From Macrostomum lignano (taxonomy: Eukaryota), in NCBI GenBank assembly GCA_002269645.1, contig NIVC01000224.1, positions 186,001 through 250,000 on the forward strand: a stretch of DNA of 64,000 bases. Reading direction: 5' to 3'. The translations under genes and the position numbers were made by a program. Positions 1-13,360 of the stretch are shown here, in pieces (within the stretch, counting starts at the first letter, position 1; each line of letters opens with the position of its first letter). A model generated the notes under the pieces. The model did not search any database. It saw nothing but the letters and a program-made list of their open reading frames with translations, and was not told where the DNA came from.

Positions 1-51
1 CTTAAGCGCCACAATCTAGACTAAAGCGCCACAATCTAGACTTTAACGCCA
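1..51. repeat. End of a 20-bp tandem repeat (CTAGACTTAAGCGCCACAAT) in the upstream formin intron
   Basis: About 2.5 units visible at the window start. Confidence 0.7.
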
Positions 52-124
52 ATTATAAGCAATATGACAAAAATCACAGCAGGGATTTAACTAATTCAAA
101 TATCCTCTATTCCTCACCCCGCAG

Positions 125-3100
125 AGCCGCTGCCCTGGAGGAGCAACTCTACCAAACTCAGTCCCGACTCCGTGAAGCCGAAGACACCGCCGCGGAACGC
201 TTGGCGGAGCTGCGCGAACGCTTGACCAGCCGAGAGGCGGATTGCGCAACCCTTCGAGCTGATAAAGAGGCCGCACTCGAGGAGATGCAGAACAGCCTCA
301 GCGCCGCGAGCAAGCACGCGGACGAGAAACAGCACCGATTGGTTGAGCGACTCGCAGATTTGGAGACGAAAATCCGCCAAGCCGAATCTGCCGTCGCTGC
401 TGCGAAAGAGCGGGAGCAGAAACTGCTGCAACAATTGCAGCAGCAGCAGCAGCAGCAGCAACCGACTGAGACGCCTGGAGTTCCCGCCGCTAAGATTCCC
501 GGCGTTAATTCTCCGGCTCCCGCTGCTGCAGCGCCACCTCCTCCGCCTCCGCCTCCGCCGCCACCACCACCGCCGCCGCCACCGCCTGGAGGTCCGGGCG
601 GTCCGCCGCCTCCGCCCCCTCCGCCGCCTCCGCCAGGCGTCCCAGGCGGAGCCGGGCGTTTAGCGGTGAAATCTCCGCTGGTGCCGAAGAATCGTTTGCC
701 AATGTTGAATTGGACAGCAATACCTGCCAATGTGTGCCGGGGCACCGTGTTTATGGATATGAATGACGATCAGGTTGGTCGCTTTAGTTGCTTTTGCACT
801 TTTTATAGCGTATAATATGTATATTGTAATCCCTTCATATCCAAACTAAGCTCCCTTCACAAACCCCTAGTTAAGCCACACTTCACTAAGCCCTGATTAA
901 GTTCCGCTCACAAACTTAAATTAAGTTCCCTCCAAAAACCCTATTTAAGCCCCTTTCATAAAACCTCTAATTAAGCTTCCTTCACAAAACCCTAATTAAG
1001 CTCCTTTCACAAAACCCTAATTAAGCTCCTTTCACAAAACCCTAATTAAGCTCCTTTTACAAAACCCCTAATTAAGCTCCCTTCACAAAACCCTAATTAA
1101 GCTCCTTTTACAAAACCCCTAATTAAGCTCCCTTTACAACCCCTAATTAAGCTCCCTTCACAAAACCCTAATTAAGCTCTCTTCACAAAACCCCTAATAA
1201 AGCTCCCTTCACAACCCCTAATTAAGCTCCCTTCACAACCCCTAATTAAGCTCCCTTCACAACCCCTAATTACGCTCCCTTCACAAAACCCCTAATTCAG
1301 CTTTTTTCACAAAACCCCTACTTAAGCTTCCTTCACAAAACCCTAATTAAGCTCCCTTCACTACCCCTAATTAAGCTCCCTTCACAACCCCTACTTAAGC
1401 TTCCTTCACAAAACCCTAATTCAGCCCCCTTCACAACCCCTAATTAAGCTCCCTTCACAAAACCCTAATTCAGCTCCCTTCACAAAACCCCTACTTAAGC
1501 TTCCTTCACAAAACCCCTACTTAAGCTTCCTTCACAAAACCCTAATTAAGCTCCCTTCACAAAACCCCTAATTCAGCTCCTTTCACAAAACCCCTACTTA
1601 AGCTCCCTTCACAAAACCCCTAATTAAGCTCCTTTCACAAAACCCCTACTTAAGCTCCCTTCACAACCCCTAATTAAGCTCCTTTCACAAAACCCCTACT
1701 TAAGCTCCCTTCACAACCCCTAATTCAGCTCCTTTCTCAAAACCCCTACTTAAGCTCCCTTCACAACCCCTAATTAAGCTCCTTTCGCAAAACCCCTACT
1801 TAAGCTCCCTTCACAACCCCTAATTAAGCTCCTTTCACAAAACCCCTACTTAAGCTCCCTTCACAACCCCTAATTCAGCTCCTTTCACAAAACCCCTACT
1901 TAAGCTCTCTTCACAAAACCCTAATTAAGCTCCCTTCACAACCCCTAATTACGCTCCCTTCACAAAACCCCTAATTCAGCTTTTTTCACAAAACCCCTAA
2001 TTCAGCTCCCTTCACAAAACCCCTACTTAAGCTTCCTTCACAAAACCCCTACTTAAGCTTCCTTCACAAAGCCCCTACTTAAGCTTCCTTCACAAAACCC
2101 CTACTTAAGCTTCCTTCACAAAGCCCCTACTTAAGCTTCCTTCACAAAGCCCCTACTTAAGCTCCCTTCACAAAGCCCCTACTTAAGCTTCCTTCACAAA
2201 ACCCCTACTTAAGCTTCCTTCACAAAGCCCCTACTTAAGCTTCCTTCACAAAGCCCCTACTTAAGCTTCCTTCACAAAGCCCCTACTTAAGCTCCCTTCA
2301 CAAAGCCCCTACTTAAGCTTCCTTCACAAAACCCCTACTTAAGCTTCCTTCACAAAACCCCTACTTAAGCTTCCTTCACAAAACCCCTACTTAAGCTTCC
2401 TTCACAAAACCCCTACTTAAGCTCCCTTCACAAAACCCCTACTTAAGCTCCCTTCACAAAACCCCTACTTAAGCTCCCTTCACAAAACCCCTACTTAAGC
2501 TCCCTTCACAAAACCCCTACTTAAGCTCCCTTCACAAAACCCCTACTTAAGCTCCCTTCACAAAACCCCTACTTAAGCTCCCTTCACAAAACCCCTACTT
2601 AAGCTCCCTTCACAAAACCCCTACTTAAGCTCCCTTCACAAAACCCCTACTTAAGCTTCCTTCACAAAACCCCTACTTAAGCTTCCTTCACAAAACCCCT
2701 ACTTAAGCTTCCTTCACAAAACCCCTACTTAAGCTCCCTTCACAAAACCCCTACTTAAGCTCCCTTCACAAAACCCCTACTTAAGCTCCCTTCACAAAAC
2801 CCCTACTTAAGCTCCCTTCACAAAACCCCTACTTAAGCTCCCTTCACAAAACCCCTACTTAAGCTTCCTTCACAAAACCCCTACTTAAGCTTCCTTCACA
2901 AAACCCCTACTTAAGCTTCCTTCACAAAACCCCTACTTAAGCTTCCTTCACAAAACCCCTACTTAAGCTTCCTTCACAAAACCCCTACTTAAGCTTCCTT
3001 CACAAAACCCCTACTTAAGCTTCCTTCACAAAACCCCTACTTAAGCTTCCTTCACAAAGCCCCTACTTAAGCTCCCTTCACAAAGCCCCTACTTAAGCTC

Positions 3101-6100
3101 CCTTCACAAAACCCCTACTTAAGCTTCCTTCACAAAACCCCTACTTAAGCTCCCTTCACAAAACCCCTACTTAAGCTTCCTTCACAAAACCCCTACTTAA
3201 GCTTCCTTCACAAAACCCCTACTTAAGCTTCCTTCACAAAACCCCTACTTAAGCTCCCTTCACAAAACCCCTACTTAAGCTCCCTTCACAAAACCCCTAC
3301 TTAAGCTTCCTTCACAAAACCCCTACTTAAGCTTCCTTCACAAAGCCCCTACTTAAGCTTCCTTCACAAAACCCCTACTTAAGCTTCCTTCACAAAACCC
3401 CTACTTAAGCTCCCTCCACAAAACCCTCAAAGCGCCGAGTTCCCCATGGCCTCCCCTCTGCAGGCTCGCAGCCGCATCGACCTGGACGATCTGGAAGACA
3501 AATTCAAGCTAGCCGGCGGTGGCGGCACGTTCGGCGGCAAAGGCGACGCATCGGACGGCGAATCGATGACTGCATCGTCGACGCGTCTTGCCGCCGCAGT
3601 TAAAAAAGTGGAACGACCGACACTGCTGAGTCACGACAGGTTCCGCAATCTGGCGGTAACCAAGCACAAAGTTGACTCGTTGGGACTGTCCTATGATCAG
3701 CTGGCTCTGGCTATTAAGCGATTGGATTCGGACAAGATTAACGCTGATATGGCTGAGATACTGCTGCGGCAGGGGCTGCCCTCGGATGAAGAGGTGCAGG
3801 CTTACAGAAGGCACCAGTTTGATGAGGGCAATCGGGTGGAGGATCTGAGCGAACAGGTGAGGATGAAGCAGAGATGCCTTTTTCGTGATTCTTTTCTACA
3901 CTGCTTTTTGGGAAATTCTAATTAATAAATAAGTTCAGGATTTATGAGATTTTATTACGTAGTTGCAAAATTGGGGATTTGGGAGATTTTAGTCACTAAA
4001 TTGAAGATTTAGGAGATTTTAGTTACAAAATTGAGGATTTAGGAGAGTTTAATTACGAATTTGAGGATTTAGAAGAGTTTAGTTACTAAAGTGGGGTTTT
4101 AGGAGATTTAATAAGTTGCTAAATTGGGAATTTAGGAGAGTTTAAATACTTAATTGAGGATTTAGAAGAGTTTAGTTACTAAATTGGGAATTTAGGAGAG
4201 TTTAATTTAATTACTAAATCGAGGATTTAGAAAAGTTTAGCTACTAAATTTAGGATTTACGAGATTTTAATTACTAAATTGGGGATTTAGGAGGGTTTAA
4301 TTACTAAATTGAGGATTGATAAGAGTTTAGTTACTAAATTTCGGATTTAGGAGAGTTTAATTACTAAATTGAAGATTTATAAGAGTTTAGTTACTAAATT
4401 GGGGATTTAGAAGAGTTTAGTTACTAAATTAGGGGTTTAGGACAGTTCAGCTACTAAATTTAAGATTTAGGAGAGTTTAGTTACTAAATCGATGATTGGG
4501 AGAGTTTAGTTGCTAAATCGATGATTGGGAGAGTTTAGTTGCTTAATCGAGGATTAGGAGAGTTTAGTTACTAAATCGATGATTGGGAGAGTTTAGTTGC
4601 TAAATCGAGGATTAGGAGAGTTTAGTTACTAAATCGATGATTGGGAGAGTTTAGTTGCTAAATCGAGGATTAGGAGAGTTTAGTTACTGAATCGATGATT
4701 GGGAGAGTTTAGTTGCTAAATCGAGGATTAGGAGAGTTTAGTTGCTAAATCTAGGATTGGGAGAGTTTAGTTGCTAAATCGATGATTGGGAGAGTTTAGT
4801 TGCTAAATCGATGATTGGGAGAGTTTAGTTGCTAAATCGATGATTGGGAGAGTTTAGTTGCTAAATCGATGATTGGGAGAGTTTAGTTGCTAAATCGATG
4901 ATTGGGAGAGTTTAGTTGCTAAATCGATGATTGGGAGAGTTTAGTTGCTAAATCGATGATTGGGAGAGTTTAGTTGCTAAATCGATGATTGGGAGAGTTT
5001 AGTTGCTAAATCGATGATTGGGAGAGTTTAGTTACTAAATCGAGGATTGGGAGAGTTTAGTCACTAAATCGAGGATTGGGAGAGTTTAGTTGCTAAATCG
5101 ATGATTGGGAGAGTTTAGTTGCTAAATCGAGGATTGGGAGAGTTTAGTTGCTAAATCGATGATTGGGAGAGTTTAGTTGCTAAATCTAGGATTGGGAAGT
5201 TAAGGATTTGGCATATTTTAGTTACCAAGTTAAGAATTGAGGAGATTTTAGTCACTAAATAGAGAATTTACTGGAAGCTTGCAGTTATTAAATTGAGAAC
5301 TTTTAGGGAGATTTTCCATGATGTCTGAAAACGGTTTTTACCTATTAATAAAGTGCTTTAGACTTTATTTCATTTTCAGTAAGGTTAGCATTTTCAATCT
5401 TCAATTTTCAATCTATCAGGACCAACTCTTGGCTCGGCTGTGCCGGGTCCCCCGTCTGGAGCGGCGACTCAAAGCTCTACAATTTATTGGCCAGTTTGCT
5501 GAGAACCTGGCAGCGGTTGAGCCGCCACTGCTCACCATCATTGCGGCCTGCTCGTCACTGGAGAAAGCTAACAAGTTCAAGAAAGTTCTGGAGATCATTC
5601 TGGCTATAGGGAACTACTTTAATAGTCACCGGAGAGGCACAGCTTACGGCTTCCGTTTAGCCAGTTTAACAACTCTGCAGGATGTTAAATCTGCTGACAA
5701 GCGATGGACAATGCTGCAGTACATTGTGAACCTGATTGATACTAAAATGCCTGAGTTGAGCGATTTTGATGTGGAATTGAAGCACTGCGAGAAAGCTGCC
5801 ACAGTGAATCTGGATAATGTGAAAGCTGATGGCAATTTGCTGCTGGCTGGGTTCCAACAGGTGAGAATGCCCTTTATAGATTTATGGGATACCTGATTTC
5901 AGTTAGAATGGAATTGATAATAGATCTAGTCCTATCGAGACTAGGGTATAAAAATAAATCTATTCTATAGACTGAGGTTAAAGAATAGATCTAGGTCTAT
6001 AGAGACTGAAGGTTTGAGAATCGACCTACGTATTCTAAAGATATTGAGGTTTAAAAATAGATCTATTCTTTTAAAAAAAAAGTTAAAAAATATGTGTCTA

Positions 6101-9100
6101 TAGAGACTGAGGTTTGAGAATAGATCTCAGTCAAAAGAGACTGAGGTTTGAGAATAGATCTCGGTCTGTAGAGACTGAGGTTTTAGAATCGATTTCGGTC
6201 TATAGAGACTGAGGTTTGAGAATAGATCTCAGTCAAAAGAGACTGACGTTTGAGAATAGATCTCGGTCTGTAGAGACTGAGGTTTTAGAATCGATTTCGG
6301 TCTATAGAGACTGAGGTTTGAGAATAGATCTCGGTCTGTAGAGACTGAGGTTTTAGAATCGATTTCGGTCTATAGAGACTGAGGTTTGAGAATATATCTC
6401 GGTCTGTAGAGACTGAAGGTTTGAGAATAGATCTGGGTCTATAGAGACTGAAAGTTTGAGAGTAGATCTCGTCTATTCTCTTAAGACTGATGTTTGAGAA
6501 TAGACCTCGGTCTATAGAGACTGAGGTTTGAGAATAGATCTCGGTCTATAGAGACAGGTTTGAGAATAAATCTCAGTCAATAGACTGAGATTTGAGTATA
6601 GACCTCGGTCTATAGAGACTGAAAGTTTGAGAATAGATCTCAGTCAATAGACTGAGATTTGAGAATAGACCTCGGTCTATAGAGACTGAAAATTTGAGAG
6701 TAGATCTCGTCTATTCTCTTAAGACTGATGTTTGAGAATAGACCTCGGTCTATAGAGACTGAAAGTTTGAGAATAGATCTCGATCTATAGAGACCGGGGT
6801 TCGAGAATCGACCTATTCTATAGAGATTGAGGTTTAAAAATAGATCTATAGTTAAAAAAGTTAAAAAAATTGTGTCTATAGAGACTGAGGTTTGAGAATA
6901 GATTTAAAAAACTGTGTAAATCTATTGCCAGCAAATAGAGACCACAGCTTGTGTACAGCTGAACATCTCATATCTAGACCTGTCAGATACTGAGAATCGA
7001 TCCGCCAATACTCAATCTTCAGCTTCGCGCCTTAGCCGATGAAGAAGCCGCATCAAACGAGGAAGACTCTCCAGATTTGCAACGCCTGACCCAGTTCATT
7101 CGGTCCAACCAGTCCCGAATGGACAAGATGAAAACCGATTTGAAAACCGCGGAGGACTGCTTCAATCTGGCTCGCACCCGATTCGGCGAGGGCATGCAGC
7201 AGGTCAGCACCGATGCCTTCTTTGGCGTGCTGAGCCGATTCCAGACTGAGGCTCGTCGGGCCAGACATGAGCTGAAGAAGAGGCGAGAGGCTGAGGCCGC
7301 TGCTGAGGAGAAATCTGCCAAGGTAGGCTTATCTAATTTGTTCATTTAGCTATTTTTATAGTCTAGCTGGAGTTTGGGGGAATTTCTTGAGTGTGGGGTA
7401 TTTTTCCAATTAGGGTTATTATTATTTGTAAAAGTTTGGTATTTTGTCCGGGAGGGGAATTTCGAAAGTGGGAGTATTTTTCTCCGGAAGGGGAATTCCC
7501 GGAGTGAGGGTATTTTGTCCGAGTGAGAGAATTCTCGAACTGGGGGTATTTTATTTTGGAGGGAATTTTCGGAGCCGGAGTATTTCTTCCGGTAGAGAGA
7601 AACTCTCGGCGGGGTATTTTAGGGAGAGAGGAATTCTCGGAGTGGGGAGTGTTTTTTCGGGAGGGGGAATTCTCTAAGTGGAGGGTATTTTTTCCGGGAG
7701 AGAATTCTTGGAGTGGGAGTATTTTTTCCGGTAAAGGGGAATTCTCGAGTTGGGGGGTATTTTTAAGAGAGGAAGGGAATTCTCGGAGTGGGGGTATGTT
7801 TTCGGGTGAGAGGAATTCTGGGAGTGGAGGGGTATTTTTCGGGGGTGGGAATTCTCTGAGTAGGGTATTTCGTCCAGAAGTGGAATTCTCGGACTAGGGG
7901 GTATTTTGTCCGGGAGAGGGGAATTCTTGGAGTGTGGGGTGTTTTTTCCGAGTGAAGAATTTCCAGTTTAACGGGATTCCCAATGTGAGGGGGTATTTTG
8001 TCAGCCAGGGAGGCAATGTGGAATTTTCTGAAAGTAGCAGCCACCCACTTTGAATATATTATACTTTGTGAAATTGTATCAATTTAAGAAAGGCAATTTA
8101 TTATTTTTGCCAACTATTTTCAGCAGGGTGACACATTTGATCGGGCAGATATTCAGGTAAAAAAAATGAATCATATCTTTATCTATGCTGAAATTATTTA
8201 GCTGCTTCTCTGTCTATCTAAGCTGCCAGTACCGGATCATTGTGGTTATTAATTTTATATATTAAGTATGCAGCTACCTTTAAAAATTTAATTGGATTGT
8301 TTTAATAGCGCCTCTACGTGGCTTTGTGTGTTGCGCAACACAATAATATTTGATTAACTGTCTGTCTGGCTGTCTTCACTCCACTTCAAACCTTGCAGCT
8401 GTTGCATTATATAATATAATAACTTGGAGCTTCTCATGCTCTTATGGAAGTTTGAGTTCAGTGCTCCAGATTCTAGGGTCTATCCAATCCAGATTCTAGA
8501 TCTAGAGAACTCCACGACTCTTCTCTGTCAGCAGTTTCCATCCAATCCAGATTCTAGATCTAGAGAACTCCACGGCTCTTCTGTGTCAGCAGTTTCCATC
8601 CAATCCAGATTCTAGATCTAGAGAACTCCACGGCTCTTCTGTGTCAGCAGTTTCCATCCAATCCAGATTCTAGATCTAGAGAACTCCACGGTTCCTCTGT
8701 GTCAGCAGTTTCCATCCAATCCAGATTCTAGATCTAGAGAACTCCACGGCTCTTTTCTGTCAGCAGTTTCCATCCAATCCAGATTCTAGATCTAGAGAAC
8801 TCCACGGCTCTTCTCTGTCAGCAGTTTCCATCCAATCCAGATTCTAGATCTAGAGAACTCCACGGCTCTTCTGTGTCAGCAGTTTCCATCCAATCCAGAT
8901 TCTAGATCTAGAGAACTCCACGGCTCTTCTCTGTCAGCAGTTTCCATCCAATCCAGATTCTAGATCTAGAGAACTCCACGGTTCCTCTGTGTCAGCAGTT
9001 TCCATCCAATCCAGATTCTAGATCTAGAGAACTCCACGGCTCTTCTCTGTCAGCAGTTTCCATCCAATCCAGATTCTATGTCTAGAGAACTCCACGGCTC

Positions 9101-12100
9101 TTCTGTGTCAGCAGTTTCCATCCAATCCAGATTCTAGATCTAGAGAACTCCACGGCTTTTCTGTGTCAGCAGTTTCCATCCAATCCAGATTCTAGATCTA
9201 GAGAACTCCACGGCTCTTCTCTGTCAGCAGTTTCCATCCAATCCAGATTCTAGATCTAGAGAACTCCACGGTTCCTCTGTGTCAGCAGTTTCCATCCAAT
9301 CCAGATTCTAGATCTAGAGAACTCCACGGCTCTTCTGTGTCAGCAGTTTCCATCCAATCCAGATTCTAGATCTAGAGAACTCCACGGTTCCTCTGTGTCA
9401 GCAGTTTCCATCCAATCCAGATTCTAGATCTAGAGAACTCCACGGCTCTTCTCTGTCAGCAGTTTCCATCCAATCCAGATTCTAGATCTAGAGAACTCCA
9501 CGGTTCCTCTGTGTCAGCAGTTTCCATCCAATCCAGATTCTAGATCTAGAAAACTTAAAGTATTAAAGTTATTAATAAAATATAGAGATAATCCAATGAA
9601 TGACTCAGCCTTGTGCTATGGTCAGACATTGGGAATTTGAAGTGGTGTGAAGAAGTCAGTGCGCGTGCCTTAGTGGTTTCCATTTAAATTACAATGGCTG
9701 TGCTATTCATAATTTCTAGCTTGTTGATATTTCTAGGGGCCAAGTCCGTCTGTCTGTCTTGTGCCCATAAAATCTCTTGATTCTGCCAACTTCTATGCTG
9801 TGTTTTAATAATGGTTTCTTAGTCAGCTTTCCGCTACTGGGCAGACGGTTCAGCGCTATTATTTATTGTTATTAGCAATCAGTTCCTCTTCTCGGTTTCT
9901 GCACCATGCCATGCTTCTTGTATCTTCTCTCCTTTCTCCTCTATCCTCCCTCCTCTCCTCTCCTCTCCTCTCCTCTCCTTTCCTCTCCTCTCCCCTCCTC
10001 TCCTCTCCTCTCCTCTCCTCTCCTCTCCTCTCCTCTCCTCTCCTCTCCTCTCCTCTCCTCTCCTCTCCTCTCTTCTCTCTCCTTTCCTCTCCTCTTCTCT
10101 CCTCTCCTCTCCTCTCCTCTCTTCTCTCTCCTTTCCTCTCCTCTCCTCTCCTCTCCTCTCCTCTCCTCTCCTCTCCTCTCCTCTCCTCTCTTCTCTCTCC
10201 TTTCCTCTCCTCTCCTCTCCTCTCTTCTCTCTCCTTTCCTCTCCTCTCCTCTCCTCTCCTCTCCTCTCCTCTCCTCTCCTCTCCTCTCCTCTCCTCTCCT
10301 CTCCTCTCCTCTCCTCTCTTGTCCTCTCCTCTCCTTTCCTCTCCTCTCCTCTCCTCTTCTCTCCTCTCCTCTCCTCTCCTCTCCTCTCCTCTCCTCTCCT
10401 CTCCTCTCCTCTCCTCTCCTCTTCTCTCCTCTCCTCTCCTCTCCTCTCCTCTCCTCTCCTCTCCTCTCCTCTCCTCTCCTCCCCTCTCCTCTCCTCTATT
10501 CTCCTCTCTCTACTTGTGGCATTCCATTCTCTAATTTTCCTTTCGCCACGCAGCCACTCCCCAAACAAAGTAGAGTTTTAATTAGGCAAATTCAACCCAT
10601 CATGCCATGCCGCCCACTGCTCGCTGGGCCCATATGAACAAACCATTTGCGTCAGTCGTAAAACAGTCGTAGAAAGGGCCCTTTCTGCCGCCAATGTTTG
10701 CTGAAATAGCAGCTCAACACAGTAGCATTATTGGCATTATAAAAAAGTTTTCAGTTCCTGATTACGTAATCTCTTAATAAATGCAAACAGTAGCTTCTCT
10801 GACTGCTTCTCAAATCACTGGTGGAATGACTAGGAAATTTTTAAAGGCAATATTTTTGAATGATTTAGTTACTACTCATGACTTTACACTAGTAGTAATG
10901 TATACATTTAGATACAAAATTAAGAGTCGTATTGATATTGTAATATTACATTTGTTAATTATAAATTACTATAGTTGACTTTGCAAATGATTATTTGATG
11001 ACGCAATAACGTGCCATTTTGATGATTATTTGATGACGCAACAATGTGCCATTTTGATGATTATTTGATGACGCAATAATGTGCCATTTTGATGATTATT
11101 TGATGACGCAATAATGTGCCATTTTGATGATTATTTGATGACGCAATAACGTGCCATTTTGATGATTATTTGATGACGCAACAATGTGCCATTTTGATGA
11201 TTATTTGATGACGCAATAATGTGCCATTTTGATGATTATTTGATGACGCAATAATGTGCCATTTTGATGATTATTTGATGACGCAATAACGTGCCATTTT
11301 GATGATTATTTGATGACGCAATAACGTGCCATTTTGATGATTATTTGATGACGCAACAATGTGCCATTTTGATGATTATTTGATGACGCAATAATGTGCC
11401 ATTTTGATGATTATTTGATGACGCAATAATGTGCCATTTTTATGAATATTTGATGACGCAATAATGTGCCATTTTTATGATTATTTGATGACGCAACAAA
11501 GTGCCATTTTGATGACTATTTGATGACGCAATAATGTGCCATTTTTATGATTATTTGATGACGCAACAAAGTGCCATTTTGATGATTATTTGATGACGCA
11601 ATAATGTGCCATTTTTATGATTATTTGATGACGCAATAATGTGCCATTTTGATGATTATTTGATGACGCAATAACGTGCCATTTTTATGATTATTTGCTG
11701 ACGCAATAATGTGCCATTTTGATGATTATTTGATGACGCAACAATGTGCCATTTTGATGATTATTTGATGACACAATAATGTGCCATTTTGATGATTATT
11801 TGATGACGCAACAATGGGCCATTTTGATGATTATTTGATGACGCAATAATGTGCCTTTTTGATGATTATTTGATGACGCAATAATGTGCCATTTTTTCTA
11901 GATTATTCTCTTAGACTCTTTTTCGATACAGACTGCATTTTGGAAGTTTCCACTGTGCTTACATTGCGATTTAGTTCCATAGTAACTAATGGAAAATATC
12001 AAACCATAAAAATATTTTGCGTTTCTTTTCCCCAGCGCAAACTGGCAGAGGAGCTGAGCCAGCGGACGCGCAAGCACACGCGTACCATTCAAGACGGCGC

Positions 12101-12212
12101 CCTTGACAACATCATGTCGGACTTCAATCGAGGCGCTCTGCTAGTTGACGACGGTTTTAAACGGAAGCGGAAAACTGCCGCGAATACTGGAGAGCCGGTG
12201 GCTGCTCAGTGA
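125..12212 (+). CDS. FMNL: Formin, FMNL/FRL-like, 5' part outside window. Exons 125-773, 3464-3856, 5420-5860, 7023-7322, 12036-12212
   Basis: Coiled coil, then polyproline FH1, then FH2 motifs (LNWTAI; LEIILAIGNYFN..RGTAYGFRLASL..L.DVKS; FFGVLSRF), then a C-terminal DAD-like GALDNIMSDF with basic KRKRK. All four introns are GT..AG and phase 0; the acceptor before 125 is phase 2. The LAEEL..R..DGA.D.I pattern suggests the FMNL subfamily (recalled, not searched). Confidence 0.9.
850..3425. repeat. Intron-1 minisatellite, ~26-bp unit AAAACCCCTACTTAAGCTTCCTTCAC, about 100 copies
   Basis: Period of 26 measured at 2401/2427. Units are variable (23-26 bp) at the 5' end and uniform at the 3' end. 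Confidence 0.95.
3975..5290. repeat. Intron-2 minisatellite, 29-30-bp unit GCTAAATCGATGATTGGGAGAGTTTAGTT
   Basis: Period of 29 at 4802/4831, with degenerate flanking units. Confidence 0.95.
5920..6905. repeat. Intron-3 minisatellite, ~34-bp unit TCTATAGAGACTGAGGTTTGAGAATAGATCTCGG
   Basis: Repeated unit with several interleaved variants. Confidence 0.9.
7390..7980. repeat. Degenerate G-rich ~30-35-bp tandem repeat (GGAGTGGGGGTATTTT..GGGAATTCTC)
   Basis: Recurring GGGGTATTTT and GAATTCTC modules. Confidence 0.8.
8465..9550. repeat. 58-bp tandem repeat, about 19 copies, each containing the 12-bp palindrome TCTAGATCTAGA
   Basis: Period of 58 at 8643/8701. Confidence 0.95.
9930..10510. repeat. 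(CTCCT)n pentanucleotide microsatellite
   Basis: Directly visible; it explains the SSPLL/EERRG ORFs. Confidence 0.97.
10987..11890. repeat. 35-bp tandem repeat GATGATTATTTGATGACGCAATAATGTGCCATTTT, about 25 copies
   Basis: Period of 35 at 11045/11080. Confidence 0.95.
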
Positions 12213-12324
12213 TTTCTGTGAATAGTTTCTTTTGCTACTGTTGACTAAATTACTGACTTTGTTGAAGCTTTGAAAAGTTGTAAATCCATGATCCAAGTTT
12301 GTACAATCTATGAATTATGGAGAA

Positions 12325-13360
12325 TTCAGGAATGAATTCAGTAATTTGGTGAATGCGATAAATTGGTGAATCGATTAAATCAGTGAATTCAGGAATTTGG
12401 TGAATCCATAAAATTGGTGAATCGATTAAATCAGTGAATTCAGGAATTTGGTGAATGCGGTAAATTGGTAAATCGGTTAAATCAGTGAATTCAGGAATTT
12501 GGTGAATCCATAAAATTGGTGAATCGATTAAATCAGTGAATTCAGGAATTTGGTGAATCCATAAAATTGGTGAATCGATTAAATCAGTGAATTCAGGAAT
12601 TTGGTGAATCGATTAAATCTGTGAATTCAGGAATTTGGTGAATCCATAAAATTGGTGAATCGATTAAATCAGTGAATTCAGGAATTTGGTGAATCGATTA
12701 AATCAGTGAATTCAGGAATTTGGTGAATCCATAAAATTGGTGAATCGATTAAATCAGTGAATTCAGGAATTTGGTGAATCGATTAAATCTGTGAATTCAG
12801 GAATTTGGTGAATCCAAAAAAATTGTGAATCGATTAAATCAGTGAATTCAGGAATTTGGTGAATCCATAAAATTGGTGAATCGATTAAATCAGTGAATTC
12901 AGGAATTTGGTGAATGCGGTAAATTGGTAAATCGGTTAAATCAGTGATTTCAGGAATTTGGTGAATCCATAAAATTGGTGAATCGATTAAATCAGTGAAT
13001 TCAGGAATTTGGTGAATCCATAAAATTGGTGAATCGATTAAATCAGTGAATTCAGGAATTTGGTGAATCGATTAAATCTGTGAATTCAGGAATTTGGTGA
13101 ATCCATAAAATTGGTGAATCGATTAAATCAGTGAATTCAGGAATTTGGTGAATCGATTAAATCAGTGAATTCAGGAATTTGGTGAATCCATAAAATTGGT
13201 GAATCGATTAAATCAGTGAATTCAGGAATTTGGTGAATCGATTAAATCTGTGAATTCAGGAATTTGGTGAATCCAAAAAAATTGTGAATCGATTAAATCA
13301 GTGAATTCAGGAATTTGGTGAATCCATAAAATTGGTGAATCGATTAAATCCGTTAATTCA
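12325..13360. repeat. ~51/33-bp composite tandem repeat (GAATTCAGGAATTTGGTGAATCC...ATCGATTAAATCAGT) with a 459-bp higher-order duplication
   Basis: Diagnostic variants recur 459 bp apart (12453/12912 and 12811/13270). Confidence 0.9.

Noticed and set aside
9866-10637. SSPLL/EERRG-rich ORFs
   Set aside because: Translations of the (CTCCT)n microsatellite, open in several frames.
850-13360. 6-bp palindromes (AAGCTT, ATCGAT, AGATCT, GAATTC) in most satellite units
   Set aside because: At about 1/64 per position, one per 26-58-bp unit is close to chance expectation.
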